This document shows positions 26,641-38,975 of a DNA stretch of 64,000 nt, piece by piece. The number at the start of each line of letters is the position of its first letter. Within the stretch, counting starts at the first letter, position 1. Location of the stretch: assembly GCA_965287045.1 (NCBI GenBank), contig OZ336876.1, positions 50,282,001 to 50,346,000 on the forward strand, read 5' to 3'. Source of the stretch: Carcharhinus amblyrhynchos. Lineage: Eukaryota. The notes under the pieces are model-generated. The model searched no databases. It saw only the letters and a list, made by a program, of their open reading frames with translations, and had not been told where the DNA came from. Position numbers and translations under genes: made by a program.

Positions 26641-26745
26641 AGTAAAATACATCAGATGCTGGAAATTTGAAAAAAGAGAACATTTTGGAAACACTCAGCA
26701 GGTCTCAATAACTGTGGGGACAGAAAAAGTTAAAATTTCCAGTGA
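26641..26745 (-). mobile_element. Family B PLE 3' end, single arm
   Basis: agtaaaatacatcagatgctggaaatttga...ggaaacactcagcaggtc is homologous to the other family B arms. Confidence 0.55.
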
Positions 26746-26840
26746 TCTTTATCAGATGGCATTTGGATATTGGCTCGTTCACACAATAAAAAGTCTGACA
26801 ACACCAGGTTTTAGTCCAACCTATTTATTTGATAATATTC

Positions 26841-26878
26841 TCACAAGCTTTCGAGGGGACAGCCTCTTCGTCAGGTGA
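26841..26878 (-). ncRNA. Hammerhead ribozyme motif, mirror copy in the left arm
   Basis: Exact reverse complement of 27391-27428. Confidence 0.7.
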
Positions 26879-27390
26879 ATGGAGAGTTCTGGCCTCAGAC
26901 AGAGCATATAAAGCACAGACAGTTTAGAGATTACTGATTAAAATGCGAATCCTTACACCTAACCTGCTGTTCAAGACCTGAAGTGGCTGACAATGTGAGT
27001 GGAAGGAGCACTGATCACAGTTTAAAGAGATGTGTATTGTCTCCAGACAGTACAGTAAGTGAGGTTTTGCAAACCCAGGCAAGTCACGGGGGTTACAGAT
27101 AGTGCGACATGAACCCAAGATCCCTGTTGAGGACGGTCTCAACAGGGATCTTGGGTTCATGTCGCACTATCTGTAACCCCCGTGACTTGCCTGGGTTTGC
27201 AAAACCTCACTTACTGTACTGTCTGGAGACAATACACATCTCTTTAAACTGTGATCAGTGCTCCTTCCACTCACATTGTCAGCCACTTCAGGTCTTGAAC
27301 AGCAGGTTAGGTGTAAGGATTCACATTTTAATCAGTAATCTCTAAACTGTCTGTGCTTTATATGCTCTGTCTGAGGCCAGAACTCTCCAT

Positions 27391-27428
27391 TCACCTGACG
27401 AAGAGGCTGTCCCCTCGAAAGCTTGTGA
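27391..27428 (+). ncRNA. Minimal type I hammerhead ribozyme motif (PLE type)
   Basis: Stem I TCAC/GTGA, CTGACGA at 27395-27401 plus an extra A, stem II GAGG-CTGTCC-CCTC, GAAA at 27417-27420, palindromic AGCT stem III. Predicted cleavage after CUU (27424). Confidence 0.75.
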
Positions 27429-27780
27429 GAATATTATCAAATAAATAGGTTGGACTAAAACCTGGTGTTGTCAGACTTTTTACTGTGTTTACGCCAGTCC
27501 AACGCCGGCATACCCACATATTGGCTCGTTGCCAGAGATGCCACAATATCCCTTTCTGAAGCAGATCAAAAGTCTAAATACACAACAGAAGTCACAAGTA
27601 TTAAAGAAAAGACTTTCGTTCATCTGCATTAGGTTGCATAAATATTTGGGACAGGTGATAAAAAAGAGCTAAGATTCAATATGGAATATGTTTCCACATG
27701 CTTGATGTTTTGTTTCTCAATAGTCCACAGATGATCAACAGGCTTGCATTGACAAACCCTGAAGAAAATGTGGAGAATTT

Positions 27781-27818
27781 GGGATGGGGTGGGGTGGGGT
27801 GGGGTGGGGGGGGGGGGG
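27781..27818 (+). repeat. (GGGGT)n / poly-G tract, canonical G-quadruplex motif
   Basis: gggatggggtggggtggggtggggtggggggggggggg. Confidence 0.8.
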
Positions 27819-29374
27819 CATCAATCTCATCAACATTTGATAGGAATATCCAAACATACAGTAAACACCAGTATTAAGGATATAACAAAAAGTTACTGAA
27901 GTAAACTTTCCAACAAGTCTCATATATGGGGTTGCACTTTACATCTCCACACCACTCATGTTGTTGGCAGGGTGGAGGGCACATCAGCTGGCTAGCCCAT
28001 TGCCTTCCAACCCAGCACCCTTAACACATAAGATGGATAAGGTGCCTATTAACTTGCCCACCCTTAGGTCTATTGGGCCCCTTCTTCTTCCATTGCCATA
28101 AAATGTTGGTTTGCAAGACAGATGAGCGTGAGAAGTCTATTTCTTCATCCATAAGGGGTGAATCATAAGAGGTTTGTATCTCTACTGAGTTGTATGGAAA
28201 ATAAACTAACTGAAGATAAGATACATATTGCAGTATTATTTCCTTCATTACATACTAAGATAAAGATACAAATCGCAGCAATATTTCCTCAATCGTGTAC
28301 AATTGTTGGATTTGACAGTACCCACCTTTTGTGCCTCCCCGCAAAGCCACCAAAACAGGCCCCAGCCCCACTCCCTAGATCCAAAATCCCTCCCTGCCCA
28401 GAAAGCCTGAACTTGCCAGTTTCCAACATCAATGGCACTAATAACACTGCTTGCAGTCCTAATAGCAGCCGCTGCTGAGTTCTGGCACTGCGGAGGCTGC
28501 AAGAACAGCTGGTCATCAGTTTGGGGCAGGACTGGAAATCCAACCCTCATCTGTTAACGGCACCCACAGTCTATTATCGTTATGGGACGGCTTTTATTTT
28601 TTAAAAAGGCAGTCGATTTTTGATCAACTCTTCCTTGGAGGTAGGGAGAGTGAGCAGAAGGCCACAGCATCCTCCCTCCCCCACCCTTGTAAAACCTAGC
28701 CCATCCCATATTTGTAAGCAGAATAAGCTAACTTGGGCTTCCATAGTGACCTTTAATAATGGTACCCCAGACCTCTGGAAAACTAAATAGCTGGCGGAAT
28801 TGGTTCAATCAGAGCCAGTCCCGCTAGTGTGACGTTGTGAGAACTGCCCCTTGAGGTTTCTGTGCCCAAGTCCTGAACGGCACAGTTACCATTGATGCCA
28901 TTGACTTTAACGCTGCTTTTCCTACCAGCTATTGGCCTTTGCCGAATTTAGGGAAAAGTCCGACCTTTGTCCCAGTTCTCAGCATTTTTACTGCTCAATG
29001 AGTTCAGTGCAGAATGTTTAGCCTATTTCCCTTACGTGGTGTAACTCTGCCGATTTTTTTTTCTATACTATCATGTGCAAATTGATGGTCAACAAAAGAC
29101 AATGGCAGTAATTCCAAATTAAGGCATTATGCAGTAAAATGTCCACAATATTCACTGAGGCAGTGGGAAGAATGTAGTGCATATTTCATGCCTGCCCAAT
29201 TTACTTAAGCTGCATTGACCCCCAATGTCTGTAATCCTATGGCAATCAAATGTAATAGTTACATTTGAAAGGGAAGGCGGAATGAATTGCAAACTCCTGA
29301 AAAGGCATAGGCTTGGCAGTGGAACCATAGCCGATACCATCTCTGCACAACTCCTTGACATCACGTTTACATAT

Positions 29375-29945
29375 GCCCAAAATAGTCCAAACTGGTGTAT
29401 GGCTCCACTCTACTTTTAACTCAACTAGCATATCTCTCTATTCCTTTCTTCCCCAATTATCCTGCCTCAAATGCAGTTATGCTAATGACCTCAACTAGTC
29501 TATTTGGTAGCAAGTTCCAAATTATAACCATTCTTTGAAAAAAGAACGTGCTCCTTAATGCCTTATTAGATTTATTAGTTATTGGTTATAATTATTTACA
29601 GATTTGTCCTCTCTTCCACCAAGCACACCTCCCCACCCCCCACAAATTCAAATATCTTCTCAATGTCTGCTCTCTCAATCCCTTTGATAATTTGAAAAAC
29701 CTCTCTTAGATCAGCTTCAGCTTTTGTTTCATTGGAGAAAAGAATCCCATCTTGCTCTGATTTTGCTGATTGTCCACAGCCACTCAGTTCTAATCATCAT
29801 CCATATAAAAATCAGCACCTTCTGCATGTCCATTTTGAAATATAATAAACCAGAACTCTCTGCAATAACTCCAGATGTGTTCTAACCAGAGGTCCATAAG
29901 AGTTTAGCCTAACGTATCTGCTTTCTGAGAAATTAAATGCTTTAT
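29375..29945 (-). mobile_element. Decayed CR1 LINE 3' fragment
   Basis: tggtagcaagttccaaattataacca, ctctctcaatccctttgataatttgaaaaacctctcttagatca and ccagaactctctgcaataactccagatgtgttctaacca are antisense CR1 motifs. Confidence 0.65.
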
Positions 29946-30451
29946 TAACTTGGGCGGGACTTTCTGGCCACACTTGCGCCAAGAACAGAAAATCCCATCC
30001 TAGGTCAACGGACTTTTGCATAATTTGCTCCTCCCGCTCACAACAATTCCCATGCCTTATTTTTCAGAAAAAACCCAATTTTCCAAGAAAACCAGAACCA
30101 ATTGCGCATGCTCAGCGTGTCTGTTTAGAATTGAATGTTCATAATAAATAATTGTACTCAGAAGAGTTAATAAATAGCTACAAATGAATGCTCATTCCAG
30201 AAATTCAGAATCCATGCATCTTTTGTAAGTTTCAAAGCTATTATTTGGCCATTCTGGATGTGACTGCTTTCCCCTGAACAAGCCAGCTCCATCCATTACT
30301 ACAATCATTTAACTTGAAAGTTCAAATTAAAATGAAGTTTCTAACAAAATAAATTGGTACCTCAATTTCAGAAGGGATGTATATTCAAAATATGATCACA
30401 AAATCATGTTGTTGTCTTAAATATGAACGTGAAAGAAAACAACATAATCTC

Positions 30452-31004
30452 TAGACCGCACTTTGAATATAGTGTTCAATTCTGGTCGCCACACTACCAG
30501 AAAGATGTGGAGGCTTTGGAGTGGATACAGAAAAGATTTACCAAGATGCCTGGTATGGGAGGGCATTAGCTATGAGAAGAGGTTGGAGAAACTTGGATTG
30601 TTCTCACTGGAGAGACGGAGGGTGAGGGGTGACCTGATAGAAGTCTACAAGATTATGAGGGGCATAGGCAGAGTGGGTATTCAGAAGCTTTTTCCCAGTG
30701 TGGAAGAGTCAATTACTAGGAGGCACAGATTTAAGGTGCGAGGGACGAAGTTTAAAGGAGATATGTGAGACAAGTTTTCTTTACACAGACGGTGACGGGT
30801 GTCTGGAACTCGCTGCCGGGGGAGGTAGTGGAAACAGATACGATAGTGAGTTTTAAGGGGTGTCTGGACAAATACATGAATAGGATGGGGAAAGAATGAT
30901 ATGGTCTCCGGAAGGGTAGGGGGTCTAGTTCAGTCGGGCAGCATGGTCAGTGCAGGCTTGGAGGGCCAAACTGCCTATCCCTGTGCTGTAATTTTCTTTG
31001 TTCT
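30452..31004 (+). mobile_element. 5'-truncated CR1/HER1 LINE
   Basis: 'SYEKRLEKLGLFSLERRRVRGDLIEVYKIMRG...RRHRFKVRG' followed by the CR1 3' UTR. Confidence 0.92.
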
Positions 31005-31844
31005 CCAGTATTTCTAAAAAGTGTTATTTGTTTGCACATCATAAATTCATTTTGTTAAAGTTGACCAGACAGTCTTACTAGCATCACTTCCTGTCTCAAG
31101 TGACACAGCAAGAATTCTTTGATGAAAGCATGGATTTCTATCCAAATATAAAACAATACTTAAAGACAGCAATATATTTTCAACTGAAAAAGGTTTCATA
31201 TATCAGTTATTAAAGATCAACATCTCAAGCAAATGTTAAACATAACACACATGCTTTTTGTGCAAACTGAACATTTTTGCATGGGAAGACTTACATATTA
31301 AGGTTTATTAATGATTCAGTGAAACTATTCTAAAGCTGCATACACTCCATCCCACTGGATGTCAAAACTCAGAGCTTAACTGTAAAATAAACCATTTCAG
31401 ATGGATTTCTGTCAATATAAACAACAGGAGAACCTTAAATAGATACATACACAGATCAAACAATTATTTTCATAATTTTAATCAATTTTACCACATATTA
31501 TCAATTCTTTTGTTCCATCAGTCCAGCTGAATTCAAACCCAGATTGCAGAGAGCAAAGGACATTTGCTAATCCTGCTGCAGTACTTAATTCTCTTGAATT
31601 GTCAAGATAGGCACACATGCAACTTTATAACAAAGAAAGCAAATGAATCTAGGAAAGAGATAGCAGAAGCATATACTTGATTATTTATGAGAAAAAGATG
31701 TAACCTGAGGTGAGACTAATAACTAAAATTTAAGAAGGGAATGAGAATAAGTATCATTCATAGAAAAAATGATGAGATCCCTGTGAAAGAAGAAAACCAT
31801 CTATAAAATAAAAACATAAGAGTGAATCCTCAACTTAGACTCAA

Positions 31845-34290
31845 AAGGGGAAGTCTTGCATGCCCAACCTTACTGACTTTTTAAAGAAGAGAGTATAGAC
31901 AAGGGTAATAGATGTATTAAATGTAAATTTCCAAAGACCTATGCTTGGCTGAAAGGCAGAAAGCAGAAAGGAGGGGTAAAGTGCAGCTATTCAGTGTGGC
32001 AGAAGGTGGGAAGTAAGGTGATAATGGTCAGTGCTGAGAACTCAGCTGCTCACAATTTATATTAATGATTTAGATTTTGAAATCAAAAGCACAATTTTTC
32101 AAATTACAGATGACACCAAATTGAAAGGAATGAGACAACATTGATTAGGACTGCACCGATTTAGAATCACAGAATTGTTACAACACCATAGGAGGCCATT
32201 TGGGCCATTATGTCTGTACTGACTCTCCAAATGAGCATTCGGACTTAGTGCCATTCTCCTGCCTTTTCCCCATTACCCTCTTGAATGCCTCGATTTAAGC
32301 GGCCCCACCACACTTCCAGATAGTGCATTCCAGACCCAAACCATCACTGTTTGAAAACAATTTTTCTCACATCAGATTTACTTCTTTTGCAAATCACTTT
32401 AAATCTGTGCACTCTCATTCGTGATCCTTTTATGAGCAGGAAAAGTTACATCCCATCTATTCTGTCCAACCCCTTCATGATTTTGAGCATCTCTATCAAA
32501 TTGCCTTGTCTCTCCATCCCTGGAACCATTCTTGTAAATCTCTTCTGCACTGTCACAAATGTGTTCATATCTTCCCTATAGTGTGGTGCCCAGAACAGTG
32601 CACAATATTCCATCTGAGGTCTGACCAGTGTATTGTATAAGTTCAGCATAACCTCCTTGCTCTTGTACTCTATGCTCCTATTAATAAAGCCCAGAATGTT
32701 ACATGCTTTATTAACTACCCTCTCCATCTGTCCTGCCGCCTTCAATGACCTACACATATATATACACCCAGGTCCCTCTGCTCCTGCACCCCTTTCAGAA
32801 TTTTATCTCTTATTCTATGTCGTCTCTCCATCATCTTCTGACCAAAATGCATCAGCTTATACTTCTCCATGTGGAACTTTGTCTGCCATCTATCTGCCCA
32901 TCCCACCAACTTGTCTGCATCCATTTGAAGTTCTACACTATCCCTTCACAATTTTCCTAAGTTTTGTGTCATCCACAAATTTTGAAATTGTCCCCTGCAT
33001 ACCATCATCTAAATCATTAATATAAATCAGGAAAAGCAAAAGTCCTTATACTGACCGCTGGAGAACACCACTACAAACATTCCTCCAGCCCAAAAATTAT
33101 CCATTGACCATTACTCTCTGCTTCCTATTATTCAGCCAATTTTGTATCCATGTTCCTGCTATTCCTTTTATTCCAAGCTATAAACTATAACTTTTCTCAT
33201 AAATCTGTTATGTGTCACTGCATCAATTGCCTTTTGAAAGTCCATGCACACCATATCAATAGCATTGCTCTCATCCAAAAAGTCCAGCTAGTTAAACAGG
33301 AGTTTACTTTAGAAATCCATATTAACTCTTCCAAAATCAACCCACATTTTTTCCATTTGACTATTATCTAGTCAATTGTTTTGAGAAGTTTGCTGATGTT
33401 AATTGACTGTCTTTAATTGCTGGGGCTATCCTTACATCATTTTTTTGAACAACAGCATAGCATTTGTAATTCTCCACTCCTCTGGCATTTCCCCTGAGTA
33501 TAGAGAAGATTGAAAGATTATGGCCAGTGACCCCTGCAATTTCCACAAAAAGGCATTTCTAAAAATTTACAAAATGGGCAAAAAGCTGGAAAAGGAGTGT
33601 CAATATAGATAAGGGTAAGATATAAGTTTAATTGTAAATAGGGAGGTCACATATTACTTAGAAAGTGATAACCTGAATGAGTTACAGGAGCAAAAGGAAT
33701 CTGAAAATACAAATACATAAAAGATATAGAAGTTGCAACCCAAGTCAATAAGGCCATAACAAAACAAAGCCAAGTACTAAGATTTTTTCTAGCGGGATAG
33801 AATGAAAAAGTAGGGAAATTAAACTTGTATCAAACCACACTGCTGTGTACAATTCTGGTTGCCATATTCTACAAATAGTGTAGAGGTACGAAGCCCTGAT
33901 CATATTGAATGGCACAGCAGGTTCGACAAGTGGTCTACTGCTCACATTTCTCATGTCCTTAGGCACTGGACAAGATGCCAACAAAAAGATTTTCAAGGAT
34001 GATACGAGAACTGCAAAGTTATACTGACCAGCAAAGGATGGATCTCCTTTATCTTGAAAAGAGAAGACCGAGGAGCGAACTTAGAGGTTTCTTTAAAGTA
34101 TGAAAGGTTGTGATAGATTGGATTAAAGAGAAAATGTTTCTATTTGTGGGAGGAGGTCATCAATGCAACAAAGTGACCAAGGAAACAAATAGGGGATTTA
34201 GGAGAAATTCTTTTCTCAGAGTGGCAAGAACGTAGAGTAGTTAAGATGAACACTATAGATGCAATTAAGGGGAGGCTAGGTTAGCACAAA
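31845..34290 (+). mobile_element. Old CR1 LINE (RT region), split by the antisense CR1 at 32161-33545
   Basis: GKSC/TNL-like motif at ~31848 and aaattacagatgacaccaaattg (ADDTKL-like) at ~32101. It resumes at 33546 with 'WAK.W' like sequence and continues to a CR1 C-terminus. Confidence 0.65.
32161..33545 (-). mobile_element. CR1 LINE 3' ~1.4 kb, nested in antisense orientation
   Basis: Minus-strand ORFs 'NKACNILGFINRSIEYKSKEVMLNLYNTLVRPQMEYCALFWAPHY' and 'DKLVGWADRWQTKF'. Confidence 0.9.
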
Positions 34291-34787
34291 TCAGGATGGA
34301 ATCATGTCTCCAGGGAATTAACTCAGGCCATTTTATAACTGTGCAACCATCCCCTTGATGATAGGGAGAGAATTGTTTCTAAAGGTTATGCAGCAAATGA
34401 AATACAAGATCCCAGCCCAGAATATTTGTCAGTCTAAATCTGTTTACCTAATTTTATACGCAAGATATTATGTAAACCATGCTTACCTGCCTGGGAAACC
34501 AGGAGGCTGGCAGCTGCATCTTTTGAGCCAACGACCAGCTACACATGCCTGAAAACCTCCCCTTAAATGCATCTATACTTTCATCTTAATTACTCTGAAT
34601 TCTCACCACTTTGATAAAGAATTTCTTCTGAATTGCCTATTTGCTTTCTTTGTTAACCATCTTGTGTTGATGACCTCTTCCTCACAAGTGGAAACATTCT
34701 TTCTTTAATCCAATGTTTCAAAACTTATCATACTTTTGAAAAACCTCTAAGCTTACTCCTCAGTCTTCTCTTTACAAGATAAAGGGT

Positions 34788-35647
34788 TGTAATGCACCAT
34801 TGCCAGCAAATATTCCAAGTAAGGTACAGGGAAAGGTCCTAAAGGTAGAAGAGACATGTAGAGATCCCAAAAGAAGAGTGCCAGAGAGAGAACAAGGACA
34901 GGAAAGGTCCCAGTTCAGTTAAAAAGAATGGAGCAAAGAAATAGGCCCCAAACAGGAAAAGTGCTGCAGGGAACCAACTTTATGTGAAGAAGGCATCCTA
35001 AGACCAATGACTCCACACTGCAGGCAGTTAAGACAAATGTACAGTTTGGGAATTGTAGTGTTCTACATGGCACAGCGTGGACAAAGATCTGAAGTTGTGT
35101 TTGTGATTTGGTGCTTGCGTATAGGTCAGGAATCCAGGGCAGCAGAATCTCAGGGAAAGAGATTGAAACCCTGTGAGGTGTGCCATTGTTGATGCCACCA
35201 GAGTTGGAGAGAGCTTTGGAGAGAACTCCAAGGTTAGATTTTCAAAGGTGAAGACTGAAATCTTCAAAGAGAGAGAGACAGAGTTTCAGTGAGATTGGCT
35301 GACTCACAATGTAACTAAGCCTGGGGAGGTTGTTGAGAAATTCATGGACTGTGTCTTGGTTGCATCTGCCATTTGTATTGTGTGGTATGTTCAAACAACA
35401 GATAGATTAATTCAAATGTATCTCACACATAAATATCTATCTTACACTCTAACAATGAGGGTAAATTGTTTTATCTTTCTGCCTGAGTATAGTAAAGTTT
35501 ATTTTTGTTTGCTCAAAGTCAATGGAATCTTGTAGCTTTATTCACTGAACAAGTGCCTTGAATCTCAAATTTTCTGCACTTCTAAACATTATTGTTCCAT
35601 AACCAGCTTTTAACAAGAACTTAGAGATCTGGCCAGGGATCACTGCA
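34788..35647 (+). mobile_element. Probable solo LTR
   Basis: Starts TGTAATG and ends ccagggatcactgCA, with purine-rich U3-like sequence, an agtaaa polyA-like signal at ~35491, and an imperfect flanking duplication agggt/aaggt. Confidence 0.5.
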
Positions 35648-37854
35648 AAGGTTAGGATTATTAACAATTCTGTGGTCCATTCTTGACTGATGCTAAATTT
35701 GATTATTTTTCTATTGAATGTTCTTTGCTGTTAAGATCTTATAATGAAATGATAAATATTGAACATAATAATAAACAACTCTCACTTATCATACAAGTAC
35801 TAAAGCACAGAGTGTGAAATCACTCCAAAATGTATAATTGAAGCTTTTTTCATCAAGTACAAACATTACAATATCTCCACTTCCAGTCCCCCTTTCCTTT
35901 GAAACTGACCTACATTGGCTATATTTTCACAGCCACCTCTATTTAGTTTAATTGGTCATTCTTCATGTGTAAATCTGGACAGTAAAGTATGCCAAGCTAT
36001 TCAGGTGTGAAAAGCTATCATAGGTGAGCTCAAGCCTCACCTCACACATGCACGCACTTTCCAGCACAGACCACAGGATAGCAATCAGGACCAGGAAATC
36101 AAATGGATTTTCAAAGGGGTTGAAGGTAATCACAACACCATCAGCACCACCCCAGGTGAGACCAACTAAATGACTGGAGACCAAGGGACTTTCACTACCT
36201 GTATCACTCAACACCATACCACCAACAGGTGATACATTTACCTATTGAGCTACTTGAAACAAAGTACTGATGAAAAAATACAAGGATGAATAAAAATAAA
36301 GCATATCACTGAGTGTTCTGAATTCTGTAGTCAAGCAATTTACTGCGATTCAGCTGCTTAATCAATTGGAGGAAATGATGAAAGATCCACTGATCATCAG
36401 TCGTCTATTTGTGATGTAATCCTGTAATGCATACTGCTCATATGACCACAATAACCACTGAAAAATTGCTGATTGGAATGCCTTCCCCAGCTCTTGGCAA
36501 CAAGATCCTGAAGAGCTGCCAAGTGATGACATAGTTCACAAAAATTGTTGGAGCCCAAAATACAAAATTACTTCCACGATTTCTCATATAGCTGATTAAG
36601 GTAATCAAAAGCTGAAGGATTAGTTTCAAAAGCTAGGAAAAATAGGAATTGCCATTACATTGGCCACACACCCATATGAAAGTCATTGATAAAACTCTGG
36701 GGAAAACTAGAGCATTCTCCACTAAACTATAACCAAAGTACCTTAAAAATATTCTTTGTGTCTTTTATAATCACATTACAAATAGGATGCACAATGGAGA
36801 ATAGTGGATGATTTCACTTAAAACAAAGACTTGCATAACTCACTCCAGATATCACTATTTTGATCTTTTTAAATATGAAATCTTCTTTGCTCCTGGAACA
36901 TTCAGAGCAATTTATGCTTTCTTTAGGGTCTCATTCCACCACCACTGATATTCAATCATCTGTGGGCAGAGGACTCACCACAGCAAACCCTGGTGATACC
37001 CCCCATCCACCTCTGAATTAACAGCTAGTGACTTCCTCCCCAACAACCTCCATCCTATCCTCACCTATCCACCTATGGCCTGGGTCCCTAGGCAATCTGG
37101 TGGGTGCATTGTGCCATCATTCCCAGTGATGATGACAGGCAATGGAGAGCTGCTGGCTGGCAGGTGGGGGGAACCCAGATCATGGGGAAAGCTGGTCATT
37201 AATGTGTCTGCTGGGCACTTAATATGGCAGATCGTCTCCAACCAAAGCAAAACAGGGCTCTCAGAAATCACCACATACTAGATTAAATTCCACCCTATTT
37301 TTCTCCTCTGAATCAAGTCTTGCTAAGTGGTTGAATGAAGTTTCATAGTTTTCAGATTTTGAGGAATACTGAGTTAAAGTGTGATAAGGGTTCATTTCAA
37401 CACTGCTCAAATGCAAAAAGGAGGAAGTGGATGGTACATTTACAGCTGAGGTTGAACAAGACTGCAAAGTTCAAACAAATACTGAATAGAAGCAGCCGAG
37501 AAAGTCTGCAATGAAAACAGTGAGGTTAAAGGTTAAAGTTGACAAAGGGAACACTTAATAGTTTTTCCTATATAAAATCATATCTTTCTTCATAGAATCA
37601 TAGAAATGTAGAAGCACTGATCTTCTGCATTTACAATAATTAATATGCTGCTAAGTTAGAGTTTATAACTGGCATGTAAATTGCAGAGAAGCACAGAAAG
37701 AGGCCATTGATCCAATATATTTGTACTGCCTCTTTGAGGGTGGAATCTCATTCCCTTAGAAAGATAAATGAGGGACAGGACCATTCCTGCGTCCCAACCC
37801 TGCCCTTGAAGGCAACATGCCCAGCAGCATGCTTGTCTGGCAGACGGCCTACTT

Positions 37855-38975
37855 CTGTGAAAGGAAAATCATGTTTAACTAATATATTCAATTTCTTTGA
37901 GGAGCTGACAAGAAGCTGGATAAAAGTGGAACATGTAGATGTGGTGTCCTTGTATTTCCAAAAGGCATTTGATAAGATGCAGTAACCTTTGGTGTGACAC
38001 AGGTAGGAGCGCATGATGTAGGGGTTGCACACCAGCATGGAGGTTAACTAAGATGTAGGAATAAATGGATTGTTTTTGGTTTGGCAAGCAGCAATTAGTG
38101 AAGCGCCACAGGGATAGATGTTGGCACCTTTAAGTATTTACAATTTTATATGACTTGAATGAAGAGTAATTAAATTTCCCGATGAAACCAAGATAGGTAA
38201 AAAAATAAGTTGTCAAGAGGAAGAGGTATAGGTAGTTAAGTAAGTGAACAAAAACTTGGCAGTTGGAGAATAATGTAGGAAAATGTGAACTTGCCCACTA
38301 TGGCAGGAAGAATAGAAAAGCAGTATGTTATTTAAATGGAGAGAGGTTGCAGAACCTAATGGGGTAGGGGAATCTGGGTGTTCTGATACATGATCTCAGA
38401 AAGTTAATATGCAGGTTCAGCAAGTGATTTGGAAGGCAAATGGAATGTTGGTGTTTATTGACACGGCAATGGAATATAGCAGGAAAGTTTTACTGCAGCT
38501 GTACAGGGCCTTGGTGAGACCTCCTCTGGAGTAGTCGAGTTCTGGTTTCTTCATTTGAAAAAGGATGTAATAGCATTAGAAGCAGCACAGAGAAGATTCA
38601 CTTGGACTCATTTGTGGAAGGAAGCGTTTATGTTATGAAGAAAGATTGATCAGATTGGACTTTTACTATTGGAGTTTAGAAGAATGAGAGCTGAATTTAC
38701 AGAAATACAAAAGATCCTGAGAGGTCTTGATACGGTGGACATCAAGAAAATGTTTCCTCATTTGAGGCAAGGCTAAAACTAGGGAACACAGCCATTTTTT
38801 TAAAAAATCGTGCTTTTAAGATTGCAATGTGCAGAATTTTTTTTTCTGAGATTGGTATATGGAATTCTGTTCCCAAGAAAGCAACGGAGGTTGGCTCTTT
38901 GAATTTATTCAAGGTGGAGTTAAATAGACTTTTGATCGATATGAGAGCTGAAGGTAACGGGGAATAGACAGGGAG
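37855..38975 (+). mobile_element. CR1 LINE RT fragment, frameshifted
   Basis: 'VKGKSCLTNIFNFFEELT...VDVVSLYFQKAFDK', aaatttcccgatgaaaccaagataggt (KFADDTKIG-like), and LYRALVRP motifs. Confidence 0.85.

Larger units (their letters stand above)
26780..27517. mobile_element. Young fold-back Penelope-like element (family A): 351-bp inverted arms, 13-bp TSD
   Basis: Arms 26781-27131 and 27138-27488 (2 mismatches found, at 26786 and 26946) with a 6-nt spacer gacggt. TSD ATATTGGCTCGTT at 26767-26779 and 27518-27530. 27129-27176 encodes EDGLNRDLGFMSHYL*, resembling the GIY-YIG C-terminal GLN motif of PLE ORFs. Confidence 0.92.

Noticed and set aside
26924-27345. Two near-identical 78-aa ORFs on opposite strands, suggesting a duplicated small gene
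   Set aside because: They are a by-product of the palindrome. Each starts in the antisense arm and reads through PLE 3' UTR out of frame with the real ORF end.
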